Counted from the first letter of the stretch, positions 46,289-56,861 are shown. The stretch: 64,000 bases of DNA from an uncultured bacterium (GCA_903858755.1 CAIOKC010000027.1:2192-66191); one strand, 5' to 3'. Notes: generated by a model from the sequence alone, not told the origin. Translations and numbers: made by a program.

Positions 46289-49200
46289 TTACAGGGCAGT
46301 TTCAACAATCCTAACCTCCTCGTCTGTAAGGTCGTAAAGCTTATACACGAGCTGATCAATTTGCTTTTCATAAACTTTAACCTCTTCTTGTTTCTTGAAA
46401 TTCTCCAAATAATCGCCGGATGTGGTAATTGCCAAGATTTTATCAACGATTTCAATAAAGGGCTTTTGTTCAGTTTCTGAAACTCTTTTAATTGGGACTT
46501 CTGATAGTGGTTGCTGATAAAGCTCCAACATTTCTCCCTTTCTTTTGCCTCGCTGATACAACCAAAAATAATAGAGCCTAGAATTGAGCAGTGCCAACAC
46601 ATATTTAAGCGAAAATGACTTATCTTTCTCTGTAATAAAATATACATCCGCGCTCGCATACCAGTCGCTCGCGTTATATCCAAACGTATTGCTCGTACTG
46701 CGTTGGGGCGCGACTATTTTTGCGCCTTCAAATATGTCTTGTTGTCTAGATCTATGAAGGTCAAACCAGCGATACGCATATTGGGAAACAATCGCCTCAA
46801 ATTTGGAAAGGTGTTTGAGAATATTCGGGTATGTTTCTATATTCTTAATTGTTTCGCCGTTTGAGTAAATAACGGCAGAGCCTGTTTTATCTTGGGTATA
46901 CCACTTGTGCACGTCAGAGTTCTTAAACCATGGCTTCAAAATTGTTTTCTCGTCATCAGTTAAATTGATATTTTGCATTTCTTCCTCACTTAGAATAAAG
47001 ATACCGTCTCCAATGCGTGCGCTCACTTTATGTTTTTCAAGGTGTTTCCTGGATACTTTATCAGCGCCGGTAACAATTCCTTGGTTTGCATTGCAAATCG
47101 TCCCCAAGGCCTCACCCTGGCTCTTTAGCTTATTTAATGTCGTTTGTATTGGATTGCGACTTTCTATTGAGGTTCCCGATAGCCGAATATTGTAATTATC
47201 GCCATCGTATAAATCGTCTTGAGCTACTCTAAAGTATTCGGTTTTTTCGTCTTGGCCACCAACAATTCTTTCCAAGATAATCGAAGTGGCATCACCAGTG
47301 CGTTTGGTAATACAAGTTTCGGCTATAACCTCTTTATAGTGCCCTTTACTCAAAATACTCACCATGTTGTGCTGGCCTAGGGCAGATTTGAAAACCTTGA
47401 GTTCGTTAAAGTTAACTAGCTTTTTGACTGTCGCCCTATTTTTAAAATCCTCTCGAAGCTTTCGTGCACCCAATGCTGTTGGATAGTAATTCGTCGTTAT
47501 ATACGCCATCACGCCGCCGTTGCATAAGTAATCCAGAGCTGTGTGAAAGAAAAAGTAAAAAAGGTCCATCTTGCCTTGATAATATCTCTTCCCTAAGGGA
47601 GAATTCTTGATTTTCCTAAACATGTCCTTGTGTCCCTTCTCCCCAATATACGGGGGGTTCCCGATAACAATATCGAATCCCCCCTTTCTATAGACTGCGG
47701 GAAAGAAATACCTGGTGTCGAAAAAACCAACCGGCTTGTTTTGGAAAATATTTTCGTAACTTCCCCATAGCTCGTTTATTCGCATGCGTTCATCGGTCTC
47801 CGCTTCATTCTTCTTCGCCAACAATCGTTTATGATTTCTATCTTTGATTCCGCTAAATGACTGTACGATACTCTCCAGCTCTTTCTTAGTTTTTTCACTA
47901 ATAAGCTGTTGCAATTTTCTTGCGGTGTCCAATTTGTGCACTTGGTCGACCGGCGCGAAGTACTCGTCAATAAGCTCCCCAAGAGCCGCAGCGAATTCAT
48001 CACCGAACAACGGACCTTCGTGCACCGGTGGCTTTATGAGCGTATTGGCGCAAACAAATTTGAAATCTAGATTCGGTAGCGGCTCAATTCCTCTGTTCGG
48101 AGCACTATCATCGACTTGTTGATCCACAACGAGTGTCAAAAAGCATCGTAGCCGCGATATATCAGTTGCGACGGGTTGAATATCTATACCGTGAATACAT
48201 TCCCTGATGACCCCGAGTTTTCGAACATATGTAAGGTTATGTTTTTGAAGTTGCCTGCGAGCCTCCGCAGGAAATTTGTTGAGATAGATTGAACAATCGG
48301 GGTCAAGAATCCCTAGCATATGTACCATGCGCTGAAGCACGCCTATTGGAAATGCGCCGGAACCACAGGCTGGGTCTAAGACAGCAGCATTATGAATAGC
48401 GTCAACGAGTACTTTCCTGTCATTGATAGAAAAGGGATACTGAACATCATCCTCCAAATCGTACGATGAAAGCACGCGTAATTTCTCTTCAGGTATTCCG
48501 GTCTTTGTCTTTAGGTGAGCAACGAGCGACTCTTCAACCATGAAGTCCACAATTTCTCTGGGTGTGTAAAAACTTCCTGTCGCTTTTCGCGCACTTGCGC
48601 CTGTTTCCGGGTTTACTTCTGCCAAAAGGTTTTCAAAGATACGACCGAGCATCTCAGGGTCGATTGAAAGCTCGGTATCGATTGACGTATTTTCGTCAAT
48701 TGTGAAGTTATATTCCTCAAAAATACCGAGCATCTCCATAAACCACCCATCCGGAACAGCCACAACGCCGCGTCGCTCACTCAACCCGGTAGTGCGGTTA
48801 AATTTGTGATTATCCTCGGCGTGGTCCTGAAACAATCCTCCATTGAGAAACGGGACCTTGTTGAACAATTCTGAATGCGCGAAAAATGCGGGCCGAGAAC
48901 TTGGAGGCTTATTGAGCACCTCAAAAAAGAGAGGTGCGCACAGGGAGTGGTAATAATCCGAATTCTTTGAGACGGCGGCAACAGAAAGAAGCTCGTCAGG
49001 GATTAATGGAACACCCTGACTACCTTTCTTCTGTTTAAGAAACCAGCAAAAAACTAACCGGCCGATGAGCCGAATTGCAAAATTTGCATACACTGTGTCA
49101 TCCGCGCTTCCAAGTTCAAGGGTCCTCTCGTAAGTTTCTGCGCGCCTGCCTTCTCCTCTTGTGCCCCCAACGAGTTTTGAATATTGAGCGGCTATTCGCG

Positions 49201-49702
49201 TATAAAACTCCTTACTCACAACCGCCAAAGAGAACTTGTTTTCGAGGTCCTTAGTTGTAGTGATGATACCAGTTAGCATCATGCTCGGCGTTAACACTTT
49301 TACGTCTGGTCCAAGAAGATAGGAGAACCTGCGCGGATTTGAAATGGTCTCCCTGACACCCTCTTTCGTCCTAGTTACCTTTGTTGTAATTAGTGAAAGC
49401 CGCCATTCTTTGGAATCATCCGAGACATAGGCTACCAGAGCATTGGACCGCGCATGACTTTTGAGCACCCCGTAAGTACTCTTTGTAATTTCTACGCGAG
49501 CACTTAGTGATGAGTCAGGCTTAGCAATAAACACGACCAAATCTAAATCGCTGCCACTAGCCTCAGCGACTTGTTGAATTGACTTGAATCCAGACCTAGG
49601 CTCCTCCCGTTTTTTGCTCACGGCTACACTCGGAATGAGCTGCTCAACAAACGCAAGAAAAGCTTCCTCGTTAAATGCGCCAGCAAAAAGCGGGTTTATC
49701 AT
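46289..49702 (-). CDS. Large N6-adenine DNA methyltransferase with C-terminal TRD (Eco57I/TaqI_C, Type IIG-like)
   Basis: GSFYTP, LDPACGSGAF, GIDI, IGNPPY, LLNSRL. Confidence 0.9.
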   Translation of the reverse strand: MINPLFAGAFNEEAFLAFVEQLIPSVAVSKKREEPRSGFKSIQQVAEASGSDLDLVVFIAKPDSSLSARVEITKSTYGVLKSHARSNALVAYVSDDSKEWRLSLITTKVTRTKEGVRETISNPRRFSYLLGPDVKVLTPSMMLTGIITTTKDLENKFSLAVVSKEFYTRIAAQYSKLVGGTRGEGRRAETYERTLELGSADDTVYANFAIRLIGRLVFCWFLKQKKGSQGVPLIPDELLSVAAVSKNSDYYHSLCAPLFFEVLNKPPSSRPAFFAHSELFNKVPFLNGGLFQDHAEDNHKFNRTTGLSERRGVVAVPDGWFMEMLGIFEEYNFTIDENTSIDTELSIDPEMLGRIFENLLAEVNPETGASARKATGSFYTPREIVDFMVEESLVAHLKTKTGIPEEKLRVLSSYDLEDDVQYPFSINDRKVLVDAIHNAAVLDPACGSGAFPIGVLQRMVHMLGILDPDCSIYLNKFPAEARRQLQKHNLTYVRKLGVIRECIHGIDIQPVATDISRLRCFLTLVVDQQVDDSAPNRGIEPLPNLDFKFVCANTLIKPPVHEGPLFGDEFAAALGELIDEYFAPVDQVHKLDTARKLQQLISEKTKKELESIVQSFSGIKDRNHKRLLAKKNEAETDERMRINELWGSYENIFQNKPVGFFDTRYFFPAVYRKGGFDIVIGNPPYIGEKGHKDMFRKIKNSPLGKRYYQGKMDLFYFFFHTALDYLCNGGVMAYITTNYYPTALGARKLREDFKNRATVKKLVNFNELKVFKSALGQHNMVSILSKGHYKEVIAETCITKRTGDATSIILERIVGGQDEKTEYFRVAQDDLYDGDNYNIRLSGTSIESRNPIQTTLNKLKSQGEALGTICNANQGIVTGADKVSRKHLEKHKVSARIGDGIFILSEEEMQNINLTDDEKTILKPWFKNSDVHKWYTQDKTGSAVIYSNGETIKNIETYPNILKHLSKFEAIVSQYAYRWFDLHRSRQQDIFEGAKIVAPQRSTSNTFGYNASDWYASADVYFITEKDKSFSLKYVLALLNSRLYYFWLYQRGKRKGEMLELYQQPLSEVPIKRVSETEQKPFIEIVDKILAITTSGDYLENFKKQEEVKVYEKQIDQLVYKLYDLTDEEVRIVETAL

Positions 49703-52700
49703 AGACGATGCTCTTGTGTAAATAGAAGGAGGTTCGCAGCCTTTGATTCGATATTTTGCTTGTCCAGACTTACTTTCACCTGGTGCTCCGGTGCTATTTC
49801 CATGACTTGTTCGACAACTTGATCAGGAGTGAGAGTCGTATCCTTCGCGACTTTTATTACAGCTTTAAGCTGCCCATCCGAAAGGTCATCAAGATCACTA
49901 ACAACCTTTATTAAGTCGTCACAATAATTTGAGTATTGTGATTCTCGAACACTTCTTAATATGTGCACAACGTCGGTGCGATTTCTCGACATCTGTCCCA
50001 TTGCAGGTTTTTCGAATAACTTTTCCTTTAGCGTATTGAAGACGATGCCAAATTGATCGTCAGCCTTTTCTCCCACCTCCTCACGACCTGCTGCAAAGTG
50101 ATTCAAGACATTTTCCGCATCCACCAATTTGGCCTCCCCGTTGTTTTCAAGAGCATATATTTTATTCTCTCCCCGAATTCCTACTCCGACCCCCAATTGA
50201 GCACTGCGATTTTTTCTTACTATGCGAGCCCGCATGGGTATTTTCCTTGCCAATTCAACAATCTCACTATCGTGCTGTGCTTGCTCGTATGCCTCTCGAT
50301 GTGGAGTATCCCAACTCTGTTCTTCTGTCGTCGCTCTCTTAAATTCGTCCACAAAAAACGATTCTGGGTTCTCGTCTTCCGTGAGCGTTCGAGTGTCATT
50401 ACCGACTACAGAATTAAATATCTTCATTTTGAGCGTGGCCACACCTCTGATGTTTGTCTCTGTTTCACCGAGTTCAGTGGGAAAATAGTTGTCAATAAAA
50501 AGCTCATCGAACATTTTCATGTTTATACGATTAATGCGACCCACGCGTTGTATGACGCGGGTTGGGTTATACGGAATATCATAATTAATCACGCGGCCCG
50601 CCCTATGCAAGCTAATTCCCTCACTCAAAGCATCGGTAGCAACAAGTACCTTGAAATCATCGGCCTGTCTCTCCGGGGGTAGCCCGGCATCGAAGTTTTT
50701 TCTCACAATTTGACGCTCCGTCCGACCATTTTGAGAAGTATAGAAAATTGTTGCGATTCCCGCGCGCTTTAATGCCTCACCGACATAATTGACGGTATCT
50801 GCATACATACTAAAGACCACGATTTTTCTTTTCGGATCCCTTTCAAGGTGGTGCTGTATATCAGAAATAAGTTGATGGAGTTTCGGATCTGGCAGAGACG
50901 CAAAAGGTGAATGCGCACCGAACCACTTATCGTAGATATCTTGGAGAACGGACAAGTCGCGTCTAACTTCTGATACGAACTTCTCGTTGAGATCGTCAAC
51001 GCTAACATAAGCGATCTTTCGACTATTCGGAACGGCCGTGATATCAATTGCAATTTGCTCTGTCATTTCTGCGTCCTCTGCATCTTCTTCCGGTATCTCA
51101 TCGGGTGCCGGAATATATGCCTTCTTTGATATTGGAACGAGGTGGCGTTGCTCCACCCATTCAATGATTTTCTTATGCGAATCAATTACAGTCTGGAGGG
51201 TGCTCTTAAACGCGGCTCTGGAACTCTCAAACCGCATTACTAAAAGCTTTCGCATAAATGATGCGACGTTCTCCTGGGCTGTTCGAATATCCTCCAATTC
51301 GGGGTACTTTTCAGTAAAATTTCCTATATCGCGAGCATAAGTTGTTGGCCTGTATCGGGCACCGGTTAGCCCACCTTCAGTTCTTGAGTCCGGCACTATC
51401 CGCCCTACCGTTTCGAGGTAGATTTCGGTGAATTCGCCCAATTCGTATTCTCGAATCTTTGGGTCGCTCATCTTGGCAAATTCAATCCCTTGCGCATTCA
51501 AATCCTCCCGATATCGTGTAATATTTTCTAGGTCAATTCTTGAGCGCCTGATGATGATTGGTTCGATTAGCCTTCGTAATTCGCTGGCTATAGCATCACG
51601 CCTCATATCCAACTCTTGCCGCTGCTCTGGTGTCATTGTCGTGACTGCGTTAGAGCGTCGAAGTTCTTTATATGCCTTCGCAAGTTCGGTAAATTTTAAA
51701 GACAGGTTATCTACTGTTCGCAGGGTGGCAGCGCCAGGGGTTTGAAAGAGTTTGATAAGGGCAAAAATATCCTTTGGATCATTGTTGAATGGTGTGGCAG
51801 AAAGTACCAATACTTTATTTCCAACGTGACTGCGGGTTAACTGGTGGAGCAACTGATAGTCTTGCGTACTTTCATTTCTATATCTGTGCGCTTCATCTAG
51901 AATAAATAGAAGGGGCTCTGCGGTACTTTTGTATCTATCGTACGCCTCTTCAATCTTTCCTGAGCTAAAGATTCGCACACCCGGTAGCCGAAATTCCTCG
52001 GCGTAGTCCTCCCACATTGGAATAAGGTGGGGCGGGGCAATAATAACTGGCTTCAAGTCGGAGCAATTCGCTGCGACTGTACTTGCGATAATACTTTTTC
52101 CTAGCCCGACCACATCTGCGATAATAGCGCCATCGTAATTTTTTATTCGTGCAATTGCCATTTTTACGGCATCGATCTGATATGAAAGGTCAATATATTG
52201 GCCGCGAGTTGCTCGCGATGCACCAATCACATCGAGCTTATATTCAGCACCAAATATCTCATGTAGTAGTCGGACGTACATAAGGTACGGCGTCGGGACT
52301 ACGTTCATCCAAAGTTCGTCCCGAATCTTATTTAAAAACATGTCTGATTTGCCTTTTTCCTGAATGACAATGTTACGGGCGTCTGACCATCGAATTGAAA
52401 ATTTCTCGCAATACTCTTTGTACTTTTCCTGGGAGTCGAACGCCTCGTCGATCTCTTGCTGTCCAATGAGGCCATTATAGGTAAAATTGCTTGAGCCCAT
52501 AAAAACTTTGCCCGAATTGCCATTGTGAATTACGTAGTATTTGCCGTGCGCCTGTTCTTCAGTCATTTTAATCTCAAGCGATCCATCTTCGAGCTTCTTT
52601 TCTAGAATTGAATACGCTTCTTGTGCCTCCGGCGCGTCGAATATTGATGTTTGATTTGCGAGCTTCTTTATACCCTCGCCGAATGCGCTAACTCTTTCCT

Positions 52701-52986
52701 GCTTTGATTGCGGAACGCTTCTAGGCTGATACGGATCGAGATTTACAGAGGACTTTTTGGTTGTTTCAATTATTAAGGTCGGTATGGCATCTGGATCAAT
52801 ATACGACCCGACCAAGATACGGACCTTGAGTTTGTCGAGTTTCTTAGCCAATAGCTCAAACCCACAAAGGTAAAAATATCCAACCTCAATATCAAGTCCG
52901 GTTGTATTGTCTCCAATCGCGTCAGATATGGCTCGGTAAAGATTGTTTTGCTTGCTATTATCGATGATTTTATTTCCCGAAACCAT
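49699..52986 (-). CDS. PLD-nuclease / SNF2-like helicase fusion
   Basis: HGK...GSSN (PLD), ADVVGLGKS, DEAH, SATP, SEGISL, QRVGRINR; ATGA overlap with the MTase. Confidence 0.9.
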   Translation of the reverse strand: MVSGNKIIDNSKQNNLYRAISDAIGDNTTGLDIEVGYFYLCGFELLAKKLDKLKVRILVGSYIDPDAIPTLIIETTKKSSVNLDPYQPRSVPQSKQERVSAFGEGIKKLANQTSIFDAPEAQEAYSILEKKLEDGSLEIKMTEEQAHGKYYVIHNGNSGKVFMGSSNFTYNGLIGQQEIDEAFDSQEKYKEYCEKFSIRWSDARNIVIQEKGKSDMFLNKIRDELWMNVVPTPYLMYVRLLHEIFGAEYKLDVIGASRATRGQYIDLSYQIDAVKMAIARIKNYDGAIIADVVGLGKSIIASTVAANCSDLKPVIIAPPHLIPMWEDYAEEFRLPGVRIFSSGKIEEAYDRYKSTAEPLLFILDEAHRYRNESTQDYQLLHQLTRSHVGNKVLVLSATPFNNDPKDIFALIKLFQTPGAATLRTVDNLSLKFTELAKAYKELRRSNAVTTMTPEQRQELDMRRDAIASELRRLIEPIIIRRSRIDLENITRYREDLNAQGIEFAKMSDPKIREYELGEFTEIYLETVGRIVPDSRTEGGLTGARYRPTTYARDIGNFTEKYPELEDIRTAQENVASFMRKLLVMRFESSRAAFKSTLQTVIDSHKKIIEWVEQRHLVPISKKAYIPAPDEIPEEDAEDAEMTEQIAIDITAVPNSRKIAYVSVDDLNEKFVSEVRRDLSVLQDIYDKWFGAHSPFASLPDPKLHQLISDIQHHLERDPKRKIVVFSMYADTVNYVGEALKRAGIATIFYTSQNGRTERQIVRKNFDAGLPPERQADDFKVLVATDALSEGISLHRAGRVINYDIPYNPTRVIQRVGRINRINMKMFDELFIDNYFPTELGETETNIRGVATLKMKIFNSVVGNDTRTLTEDENPESFFVDEFKRATTEEQSWDTPHREAYEQAQHDSEIVELARKIPMRARIVRKNRSAQLGVGVGIRGENKIYALENNGEAKLVDAENVLNHFAAGREEVGEKADDQFGIVFNTLKEKLFEKPAMGQMSRNRTDVVHILRSVRESQYSNYCDDLIKVVSDLDDLSDGQLKAVIKVAKDTTLTPDQVVEQVMEIAPEHQVKVSLDKQNIESKAANLLLFTQEHRL

Positions 52987-53028
52987 TGCAGTAAATAATC
53001 CCACAAATCTTCATGTTTGGGAATCACG

Positions 53029-53060
53029 GCACAAAACCCGCCTACGGGCGGGTTTTGTGC
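53029..53060. terminator. Strong hairpin upstream of the helicase
   Basis: GCACAAAACCCGCC-TACG-GGCGGGTTTTGTGC. Confidence 0.65.
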
Positions 53061-53179
53061 GACGGGCGTGTCCGTTCGGGCGCTATCTCGGCGTCGCAGT
53101 TCGAATCTTACTGAACCTCAATCGTACCTCCTGCCAATCAAGCTCTACCTACTAGGACACTTTGTCAGTTAGCCACTTT

Positions 53180-53503
53180 TTACTGCTCGTTGCAGACTGT
53201 ATTGAATCTGTTTCTCAAGTCAGTCTCTTCTTGCAGCCTTGCGTCTCGGTTTTCAGAAGAAATATGAGCAAATATGTGTGTCGCCCCATTTTGCCTGGTG
53301 CAGTTCCATTTGTGATGAGAAGGCGTGCATCGTGTGCTCAAGTCCTCACATTCACCGATATATACTGGTGTCCAGCTGTTCTGTTGCAGACTCTTGGCAA
53401 AAATATAATTACCGGGCTTAGCGACAAATGGTTCATTTATCGGATACCCCCAGTAACGGTAACTTTTGCCAGATTTGCCGTGCCAATCCATTTCTACTGC
53501 CAT
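53180..53503 (-). CDS. Small GIY-YIG-like protein
   Basis: PGNYIF...VYIGE..DL..R...HH, E..L. Confidence 0.7.
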   Translation of the reverse strand: MAVEMDWHGKSGKSYRYWGYPINEPFVAKPGNYIFAKSLQQNSWTPVYIGECEDLSTRCTPSHHKWNCTRQNGATHIFAHISSENRDARLQEETDLRNRFNTVCNEQ

Positions 53504-53978
53504 AATCTGTATTCATTTCTCAATTAGTAATTCGACCGAAGCAAAAACCCAAAGCCGCATCGGTTGCGTCTTTGGGTTTTTGCTCAAACTCTCGCTTGGG
53601 TAATTACCGGGGGCGCAGGTTACTCGTGTCCGTAGGCATTCGTAACCCCCGATTTTCAGAAACAGATTCTCACTTCTGCTTTCATTTTACCAAGCGCAGA
53701 GAAAATCAAAAAGTGGATAAGTGCCCCGTCCCGCCGCCCATCCCTTTTTGGAACCCACCCCCGCGAAATGGATGAGGATGCCTGTCCGCCTTTGGCGGAG
53801 AGGATTGGCGGCGGGGCGGGGGTCGAGGGCGCGGCGTACTCGCGCGCCCGAGAGAGTCAGCACGGAGTCGAATCGTGACACAGAGTACAAAGCCACCACG
53901 CGCGCGGAGCGCGCGAGATTAGGATTCACTCTGGTAATAGGTTCGAGCGGAGTATAATAGGGACTCAAACTTCGTTTG

Positions 53979-54051
53979 AGCCGATGTCCGGGATTGAACC
54001 GGAGACCTCGTCCTTACCAAGGACGTGCTCTACCAACTGAGCTACATCGGC
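53979..54051 (-). tRNA. tRNA-Thr(GGT)
   Basis: GCCGATG acceptor; CGTCC-TTGGTAA-GGACG. Confidence 0.95.
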
Positions 54052-54127
54052 GCTTTCTCTGGCACTGCAGAGCGTACCATGTGAAGTGTGGATTTTGAAG
54101 TTTCGAAGCATGGTAGACTGTATCTTC

Positions 54128-54349
54128 ATGGGCAAAGAACTTCGCGACTCTCTCAGCTACTTCGCGCAAAATCTTTTCGTCGTCGTCGGTCTCGTCCTCA
54201 TCTGGCGCGGCGTGTGGTACACACTCGACGGCATCGACAACATCTTTTTCGGCGGCGCGCACTGGCTCTCCGCGCTCGCGGGCATCGCTGTCGGTCTCTT
54301 CATCCTCTACTTGCCCGACCACGATCTCAAAGAGATACAGAAACTCTGA
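54128..54349 (+). CDS. Small two-TM membrane protein
   Basis: VLIWRGVW..LD...GL.ILY. Confidence 0.7.
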   Translation: MGKELRDSLSYFAQNLFVVVGLVLIWRGVWYTLDGIDNIFFGGAHWLSALAGIAVGLFILYLPDHDLKEIQKL

Positions 54350-55003
54350 TCAGACCTGATACCGCTTGAGGTCTGCCACGATGGGGGCGATTTTCTCGTC
54401 TGTTATTTCCTCTGGTCGTATCGAGCACTGCGCGAATAGCTGCGACTCTATATCTCGCGCCGCGTCAGCGAGCCGCGCGAAATCATCTTTGCCGCCCTCG
54501 TCTGCCCACGAACGCCTGCCTCTATAGCGTGCACGACTCTCCGCCAGACGCTCTTCCATGGGAAGAATGCCATGCGGACCGGCGCGCAAGTCGCTGTACT
54601 CGACCACTTTCTGCTCAAACGACGAAGTGTCTCGCACGAATGCGAGCCGCGAAAACCCGACGCCGTCCGCAAGCGCGATGGCGTCATCCGGAAGGCGCAT
54701 CTCTCTCATGATGCTGATCGTCGCCTCGTGAGCCGCATCGCCATATCGCTCGATATACTCGCGCTGTACCTCTTCCCAATACGACCGAGGATGCGGCGCG
54801 AGAAATTCGGGAAATACCGCAAGATCGGATTTGATAATGTTGCCCATGTCGTGGAAGAGACACGCAAGGATCACCGAGCGCGCATCGATCGGCTCCCTGA
54901 AGTGTTCGCAGATCAATTTCCCGACCGCCGCGACACGCAGCTGGTGGATCTGGAGCCCCGGCATGGTGCGGTACTCCGCGTATACATCGGGGGGCGTCCT
55001 CAT
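54350..55003 (-). CDS. HD-domain protein
   Basis: H..RV, LFHDMG, Y.DLR.GP. Confidence 0.8.
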   Translation of the reverse strand: MRTPPDVYAEYRTMPGLQIHQLRVAAVGKLICEHFREPIDARSVILACLFHDMGNIIKSDLAVFPEFLAPHPRSYWEEVQREYIERYGDAAHEATISIMREMRLPDDAIALADGVGFSRLAFVRDTSSFEQKVVEYSDLRAGPHGILPMEERLAESRARYRGRRSWADEGGKDDFARLADAARDIESQLFAQCSIRPEEITDEKIAPIVADLKRYQV

Positions 55004-55233
55004 GAGAGGACATCGTAGCATGTCCGTACAGTGCGCGACCTCGTGGACGCTATTGGAACCAGCATCCGAGGGTACAAAGGGCATATTTACATACCCGATC
55101 TCAAAGGGAAAGTGCCGTGTGCATAGCTTCATTGACTATCCATCTGGGGGGGCATATAGTGCGCCCATACACGCCCCAGCCGACCGCAAGGTTCGCTGGG
55201 GTTTTTCGTTGCCTGTTGCTACAATGTCGAGCG

Positions 55234-55851
55234 ATGCAAACGATACTGCTTATAGACGGCGAAAACATAAAAGGCAAGATCCGCTCCGTGTTCAAGGATG
55301 CCAGTAAGGCGCGACCCGTTTGGCACGAGTACGATTTTCGAGGGCTTTTAGATAAGGTCTTGGACGGCATCAAAATAGACCGGAAGGTATTTTATTTCGC
55401 TCGCATCAAAGAACACGATGATAGCAAGACAAAATCGAAGCAGCTCATCGAGGATCAGCGCCAGCTCAAAACGCACTTGGAAAAACAGGGTTTCGAGGTG
55501 ATTTTGAGCGGACGCGTGCGCGGGCAATTTGAGGACGGACAGGGAGGCAAGAAAATCCTCGTGTTCAAAGAGAAGGGCGTGGACGTGAAGATCGCGGTTG
55601 ATATGGTCAGCTTATCGTGCGACAAGAAGGTCAAAGAGATAATCCTCGGCAGTTCCGACAGCGACCTTCAACCGGCAATCAAGGAAGTGCGCGACCGGCA
55701 GGTCAGCTGCGTGTATCTTGGGTTTGAGGCGCAGCCGAATAAGGGAATGACGTTTACGACGAACAGGACTATTTTGATACGGAATGCTGAACTTTTTGAG
55801 TTTGAGAACATCCAACCAACACTCATCAAATCTGATCCGCCCCGTTATTAG
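55234..55851 (+). CDS. NYN-domain (LabA/DUF88) PIN-like nuclease
   Basis: IDGEN, EKGVDVKIAVD, SSDSDL. Confidence 0.9.
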   Translation: MQTILLIDGENIKGKIRSVFKDASKARPVWHEYDFRGLLDKVLDGIKIDRKVFYFARIKEHDDSKTKSKQLIEDQRQLKTHLEKQGFEVILSGRVRGQFEDGQGGKKILVFKEKGVDVKIAVDMVSLSCDKKVKEIILGSSDSDLQPAIKEVRDRQVSCVYLGFEAQPNKGMTFTTNRTILIRNAELFEFENIQPTLIKSDPPRY

Positions 55852-55926
55852 TGCTCTTTAACACTTTTTCAAGAGCGTTTCCCTACAAGGACGAAAAGAG
55901 AACCTTGACTCTCTTCGTCCCGACTT

Positions 55927-56101
55927 GCGCGAGTGACGGGACTCGGCTAAGCGCTCACTCGTCGCCGTCGCTCCTCGTTCCGCTTAGCCATGCTCGCCCC
56001 GCTCCATCTGCTGATGGAGCCTCCGGCGCTCGCCTTCGAGTCCCGTCTCGCTGTAAAACAGTAAGACCCCGATGCTTCGCATCGAGGCCTAACTGTTTTA
56101 A
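55927..56101 (-). repeat. tRNA-Asp tail element (hairpin, inverted copy and direct copy of the tRNA 3' end)
   Basis: 55927-55945 is identical to 56102-56120; inverted copy at 56035-56051. Confidence 0.8.
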
Positions 56102-56102
56102 G

Positions 56103-56176
56103 CGCGAGTGACGGGACTCGAACCCGCAGCCTCTCCCGTGACAGGGGAGTGCTCTAACCAATTGAGCTACACCCGC
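56103..56176 (-). tRNA. tRNA-Asp(GTC)
   Basis: GCGGGTG acceptor; CTCCC-CTGTCAC-GGGAG. Confidence 0.95.
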
Positions 56177-56217
56177 ATGAGCGAACGAGCGAAGAATACC
56201 GCGTCTGAGAGCTTTTT

Positions 56218-56490
56218 TCAATTGCGGCGGCGCTTCCTGTGTCCCCTACCGACACAGTATCGAAGCGTATCGATACCGGAGACGAGCGCCCAGACGCTGT
56301 TGGTGATCACAAACGGCCACACATGATTCGACGCCGCATACCAGAGCAATCCGAGACTCGCGACGAAATTCACTCCATCATACCACACACTCTCGCTCGA
56401 GAGCTTGCCGTACTCGTTGAGGACGAATGCCGAGAGGACAAGAAGCGCCGATCCGATACCCAACAATTCAAGAGGTTCCATAACCGCCAT
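56218..56490 (-). CDS. Small membrane protein (CBU_0592-like)
   Basis: Three TMs; Y...N...S..L..YA...WPF...N.VW. Confidence 0.7.
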   Translation of the reverse strand: MAVMEPLELLGIGSALLVLSAFVLNEYGKLSSESVWYDGVNFVASLGLLWYAASNHVWPFVITNSVWALVSGIDTLRYCVGRGHRKRRRN

Positions 56491-56500
56491 TTTAGCACTG

Positions 56501-56573
56501 TGCCGGCGGCAGGGATCGAACCTGCGACCTAGCCCTTATGAAAGGCTCGCTACTACCACTGAGCTACGCCGGC
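56501..56573 (-). tRNA. tRNA with CAT anticodon (elongator Met or Ile2)
   Basis: GCCGGCG acceptor; AGCCT-TTCATAA-GGGCT. Confidence 0.88.
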
Positions 56574-56637
56574 TTACCTTGGAAAACTACTATATTTCAG
56601 TCCTTCAATCAATTCGTGGATACGGTACACTACTCTC

Positions 56638-56814
56638 ATGTGGGACACGATCCTCAATATCAATTCGATCCTGACCATCATCGCGAGTGTCTACGGCATC
56701 TACGCGATCGGCTCCGGGATTCTCGCGTGGGACTGGAAGCAAATCGCGCTCGGCGTGTTCGTCGCCGCGTTCTTTCTGACAGCGCAGATCGTCATCGGAG
56801 CATTCGCGGATTGA
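56638..56814 (+). CDS. 58-aa two-TM membrane protein (below the ORF-track cutoff)
   Basis: MWDTILNINSILTIIASVYGIYAIGSGILAWDWKQIALGVFVAAFFLTAQIVIGAFAD; TACACT upstream. Confidence 0.6.
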   Translation: MWDTILNINSILTIIASVYGIYAIGSGILAWDWKQIALGVFVAAFFLTAQIVIGAFAD

Positions 56815-56861
56815 TGTAATTTGCGCGTGCATTCCTTCCATAGTAGAGTAAACGCCTTGCT

